From: Archaeoglobus fulgidus DSM 4304
GTDB lineage: Archaea; Halobacteriota; Archaeoglobi; Archaeoglobales; Archaeoglobaceae
Assembly (NCBI RefSeq): GCF_000008665.1
Contig: NC_000917.1
Location: 990,001-1,022,000, forward strand
Direction of reading: 5' to 3'
DNA: 32,000 nucleotides
Part shown: positions 28,274 to 32,000 of the stretch, piece after piece
Layout of the letters: every line of letters begins with the position of its first letter
Numbering within the stretch: the stretch's first letter is position 1
Translations under genes and position numbers: made by a program
Notes under the pieces: model-generated
What the model was told of the DNA's origin: nothing
Databases searched by the model: none
The model's input: the letters and a program-made list of their open reading frames with translations, nothing else

Positions 28274-28862
28274 ATGGGAGTATCTGCTGACAGAACTTGT
28301 TTATCGGAGGTTTTCCCGACCTCTGGCAAAGATTCTCTCGAAAACAGGTGTTTCGCCGAATTTAATCACCGTTATTGCCACAATCGTCGGATTGGGGGCA
28401 GCAGCGGTCATTGCAGCTGGAGAAATATACTGGGGCGTGCTAACTCTCTTCATCTCGCAAATTCTTGACTGCACTGACGGTGACCTGGCAAGGCTGACGG
28501 GGAGGGTTACGAGGAGCGGAGCGTACCTCGACAGAGTCTTCGACAGGTTCGTGGATGCTGCAATTGTCATTGGAATTGTCTATCTTTATCCTTCTGAGCT
28601 ATGGCTTGCCGGCTTTATGGCGGTGGTTGGCTCCTTTGGAGTGAGCATAACGAGGGCTATGGCTGAAGCTGAAGGCGCGGAATGCAAAGTTGGAATTGGT
28701 GGAAGGGACACGAGGCTTGCCATCATAATGGTTGGGCTGCTCTACGGATACGCCAGCGGTAATGCGGTGAGCGTTTATGCAGCAACGCTGTGGATTGTGG
28801 CGGTGCTCGGCTTTATAACCACACTGCACCGCATGCTTCACACATTAAAGCAGCTCGACTAG
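28274..28862 (+). CDS. CDP-alcohol phosphotransferase with apparent frame disruption near N-terminus
   Basis: DCTDGDLARLTGRVTRSGAYLDRVFDRFVD matches D(x)2DG(x)2AR(x)8G(x)3D(x)3D. Homologous-looking upstream sequence YRRFSRPLAKILSKTGVSPNLITVIATIVGLGAA lacks an in-frame ATG/GTG/TTG; ATG 28274 with a strong AAGGAGGTGAT is one frame off. Confidence 0.82.
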
Positions 28863-30214
28863 CCTCTCTTTATTTTTCCCCTCCCCAGCGATGCGAAGAT
28901 TCCAACGAAGCAGAGCGCGGCGAAGATCGAGAAGGCTATTCTTGAGCTTTCGATGAACCTGCCGAAGTACTCAGGAGTTATCTCAACCCTTCCAATTACC
29001 ATTGAGAAGACGAGCATGACGAGAGCCATGCTCAAAGTCTGCCCTACGAGCCGCATTGTTGCAACTGTGGCTGAGGCTATGCCGAAAAATTTTCTCTCAA
29101 CCGAGCTCATGATTGCGTTGGTGTTCGGAGAGCTGAACAGTGCAATTCCAAAACCGAGGAGCATGAGGTAAGTGATTATGTTGCTTAAGGCCGTCTCTCC
29201 GTTGATGCCTGCGAAGAGGATTAAGGACAGAGTTGTCACAGCCATGCCCGTTGAGGCTACAACCCTCGGCTCTATTCTATCCGAAATCCAGCCGGCAATG
29301 GGGGCGAAGATTGCCATGACTACGGGCTGGGATACGAGGATGAGGCCAGCCGTCTGAGCGTCGAACCCCTTTACGTACTGGAGGTAGAGGCTCATCAAAA
29401 AGCCCACGGCGAAGGTTGCCGCATAGTTGAGCAGTGCGGCGAGGCTTGAGAGGGAGAAGGTAAGGTTGCTCAGAAGAAGCCTTACAGCAAAAACGGGATG
29501 CTCTTGCCTGTTCTCGTAAACAACAAAAATTAAGGCCAAGATTGCACCGAGAACTATGAAAGCAACTGAGAACTCTGAAAAACCGTAAATCAGGAAGAAG
29601 AGCATGGCCGCGTAAATTGCGGAACCGGCAAGGTCGAATTTCTCCCCCCTCGCATCAGCCCACTCCCCCCTGAGATAGACTGATGCAACGATTAGGGCGA
29701 AGAATCCCAAAGCTCCGTTGGCGATGAACAAGCTCCTCCATCCGAGATTTTGGGTCAGAAACCCTCCACCTATGGGGCCAAGACTTAATCCCGTGTAAAC
29801 CGCTCCGGTGTTGATGCCAATGGCCTTCCCCCTTTCCTGGGGAGGGAAAACCGAAGTGAGAATGGCTACTGAGGTGGCGAAAATCATCGCACCGCCAACA
29901 CCTTGGAGGACTCTGAAAGCTATAAGCATCTCCGCATTGGGAGGAATTGCTGAGAGAATGGAGCCGAGACTGAAAACAAGCAGTCCAACCACAAAAACCT
30001 TCTTCCTTCCCGCTATGTCTGCAATCCTGCCGAAGGGGACGGAAAACATGCCGGCTGCGAGAAGATATGCCGTGGCAATCCAGCCGAGAGTTATGGCGTC
30101 AATCTGAAATTCTTTGCCTATTGCGGGCAGGGCTATGTTGGTTGAAGAGCCCATGAAGGGGGTGAGAAAGGAAGCAACACCTGATGTCAGCAGAGCTGCC
30201 TTTTTCAGTTGCAT
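28859..30214 (-). CDS. MFS transporter, DHA2/EmrB-QacA-like
   Basis: PFMGSSTNIALPAIGKEF...GWIATAYLLAAGMFSVPFGRIADIAGRKKVFV...FRVLQGVGGAMIFATSVAILTSVFPPQERGKAIG. Confidence 0.9.
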   Translation of the reverse strand: MQLKKAALLTSGVASFLTPFMGSSTNIALPAIGKEFQIDAITLGWIATAYLLAAGMFSVPFGRIADIAGRKKVFVVGLLVFSLGSILSAIPPNAEMLIAFRVLQGVGGAMIFATSVAILTSVFPPQERGKAIGINTGAVYTGLSLGPIGGGFLTQNLGWRSLFIANGALGFFALIVASVYLRGEWADARGEKFDLAGSAIYAAMLFFLIYGFSEFSVAFIVLGAILALIFVVYENRQEHPVFAVRLLLSNLTFSLSSLAALLNYAATFAVGFLMSLYLQYVKGFDAQTAGLILVSQPVVMAIFAPIAGWISDRIEPRVVASTGMAVTTLSLILFAGINGETALSNIITYLMLLGFGIALFSSPNTNAIMSSVERKFFGIASATVATMRLVGQTLSMALVMLVFSMVIGRVEITPEYFGRFIESSRIAFSIFAALCFVGIFASLGRGKIKRG

Positions 30215-30245
30215 GAGTTTGCCTTATGCGAAAAAATTTAAAAAC

Positions 30246-31679
30246 TTAATCCCTCTTGTAGAGCAAGTAATCCGGCTTGCCTGCCGGGATTGTGTAGTTC
30301 GGCGGTAGAAGACCGAGTTTTTCAGCCTCCTTCTCCAGCCACTCCCTGTGGTCTGGATGCGCGAGATGAATCATCGCTATTGCCCTTTCCTTTACCGTAA
30401 GCCCCTTCAGGTAGGCAACTCCCCACTCGGTTGCAACAACCTGAACCATGCTTCTCGGGACAGTCACCGCCGCTCCAGGAGGCAGGATGGGCTTGATCCT
30501 CGACGTACCGTTGTGTGTGGAGTACATTGCGAGAATGCTGAAGCCCTGTCTGTCTCTGCTGAAAAGACAGCCCATAACGAAGTCCAACTGCCCCCCAGTC
30601 CCGCTCACCTGATAGAGCTTGCCTGTTGGTGATATCAGCCCCATCTGCTCCGAGTTTATCTGGCCCATCAGGTCGGCCTCTGCGGCCTGGTTTAGGGAGA
30701 ACATCTTCGGCTGCTGCGCTATGATGAAGGGGTCGTTGGTGTAGTCGACTGGGTAGGTTGCAACCTCCGGATTCCTGTCGAGGTACTCGTAGAGCTTGAG
30801 AGAGCCGAGGGCGAACGTGAAAACGCTCTTCCCCCTATCGAGCCTCTTCTGGTCGTTGGTAACAACGCCCTCCTCAATCAACTCAAGCGTGCCATCGCCC
30901 ATCATTTCGGTGTGCACGCCGAGGTTCTTGTACCCTCCTTCCTTGAGCATTTTAACAACCGTATCCGGCAGACCGCCAATGCCAACCTGAAGCGTTGAGC
31001 CATCCTGTATGAGCTTCCTGCCGTCCTTCGTTTCTGCGTTGAGTATGTTCTCTGCTATCATCTCATCCTCCTTCGTTGGGGGTATGCTGAATGGTATGAA
31101 CGGAACTGGCATCTCGTTGTCCTCAACGATGTAGTCAACTTCCGAGATGTGGATGCACTCGTCGTAGCCTCCATTGACCCAGGGCATATTTTCTTTGACG
31201 ACCACCACAACCTTCTCTGCAACCTCTGCCAGCGCCTTCATGTGCGAGCAGGTCAGGCCGAAGTTGAAGTAGCCGTGCTTGTCCATGGGCGTGGTGACGA
31301 GGTAGGCGATGTCTATCGGGTCGTAGTCTTTGGAGAACTCCCTGACAATTTTCGGAACGTCGTGATACAGGTTGGGCCTGAATACACACGGTCCAAGCTC
31401 CTTGCTGGTTTTTCTTACGGGTCGGTAGAGGAAGCCGCTCGACCACTCGAAGACCTCCCCATTGGGGTCGGCCTTGAGAAACTCGTAATGGGCGAGGTCT
31501 ATGAAAGTACCCACTTTAACGTTTTCAAGCTCGTCCTTTCTCTTTGCGAGGTATTTGTCTATTATGAGCGCTGTATTTGCGGCACCGCCAAGCTCGATGT
31601 GCATTCCACTCTCTACAAGCCCCGCAGCCTCTTCAGGACTGATAAGCTTTTTTTCATATTCTTCCCTGTAGTTCATTCT
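30246..31679 (-). CDS. acetyl-CoA hydrolase/4-hydroxybutyrate CoA-transferase family protein
   Basis: YEEKLISPEEAAGLVESG...LQVGIGGLPDTVVKML..NLGVHTEMMGDG..., GTGGQLDFVMGC, ATEWGVAYLKGLTVKERAIAMI. ATG 31679 (MNYREEY) likelier than track start 31694. Confidence 0.9.
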   Translation of the reverse strand, partial: RMNYREEYEKKLISPEEAAGLVESGMHIELGGAANTALIIDKYLAKRKDELENVKVGTFIDLAHYEFLKADPNGEVFEWSSGFLYRPVRKTSKELGPCVFRPNLYHDVPKIVREFSKDYDPIDIAYLVTTPMDKHGYFNFGLTCSHMKALAEVAEKVVVVVKENMPWVNGGYDECIHISEVDYIVEDNEMPVPFIPFSIPPTKEDEMIAENILNAETKDGRKLIQDGSTLQVGIGGLPDTVVKMLKEGGYKNLGVHTEMMGDGTLELIEEGVVTNDQKRLDRGKSVFTFALGSLKLYEYLDRNPEVATYPVDYTNDPFIIAQQPKMFSLNQAAEADLMGQINSEQMGLISPTGKLYQVSGTGGQLDFVMGCLFSRDRQGFSILAMYSTHNGTSRIKPILPPGAAVTVPRSMVQVVATEWGVAYLKGLTVKERAIAMIHLAHPDHREWLEKEAEKLGLLPPNYTIPAGKPDYLLYKRD

Positions 31680-31802
31680 ATCACACCTCTTCATTTGAAA
31701 ATTATGGAGAATATTTAACGTTTTCTGAATTAAACATAACTCTGATTAATCCTTTAGGAAAATGGGCAGCTTAAAAATTTTATCGTATGAAATTTTAAAA
31801 AA

Positions 31803-32000
31803 TTAAGATTTGCCCCACTTCTTCGCCCAGTATTCCTTGATAACCTCAAGAGCTACCAGCTTTTCACCGCTCAGGAACCTTATGCACGCCCCTCCTGCAG
31901 TTGATATGTGGCTGAACTTGTCCGAAAGGCCGAAGAGGCGTGCTGCTGAGGCGATGTGCCCCCCGCCAACAACCGAGTAACCAGCCCTTGTCGCGGCCCT
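31803..32000 (-). CDS. pgk: phosphoglycerate kinase, C-terminal end only (partial)
   Basis: Reverse-strand translation AATRAGYSVVGGGHIASAARLFGLSDKFSHISTAGGACIRFLSGEKLVALEVIKEYWAKKWGKS*. Confidence 0.85.
   Translation of the reverse strand, partial: RAATRAGYSVVGGGHIASAARLFGLSDKFSHISTAGGACIRFLSGEKLVALEVIKEYWAKKWGKS

Noticed and set aside
28274-28468. 64-aa ORF MGVSADRTCLSEVF... as an independent gene
   Set aside because: Overlaps the CDP-alcohol phosphotransferase homologous region in another frame; better explained as start plus frame disruption.

Overview
This 32 kb window is compact archaeal chromosome. From memory of the gene order (no search run) it looks like Archaeoglobus fulgidus: an end of CO dehydrogenase epsilon, a DUF89 protein, Kae1, rpS27ae/rpS24e/Spt4/RpoE, rpL18e-rpL13-rpS9-rpoN-rpoK-enolase-rpS2, and the end of phosphoglycerate kinase. 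It is mostly information-processing genes and operons, plus lipid/CoA metabolism and two ABC-type modules. I see no CRISPR array, transposon or prophage. Items most worth a second look: (1) a short, divergent FtsZ/tubulin-like protein (9242..9739) beside two small secreted or anchored proteins; (2) a nested ABC/NEW3/ABC operon (20771..26294) with a large surface-exposed Ig-like protein; (3) a 73-aa orphan C-terminal piece of a PhaC-like hydrolase between a beta-oxidation fusion enzyme and a MaoC hydratase; (4) an rpoN reading frame whose last codons and stop lie inside tRNA-Pro; (5) three apparent frame disruptions in otherwise conserved genes (cdhB-like end, rpL18e, CDP-alcohol phosphotransferase); (6) an inositol-phosphate-type cytidylyltransferase divergent from a CDP-alcohol phosphotransferase; (7) several convergent gene pairs with interlocked stop codons. 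I did not find a clearly novel defence-type system.
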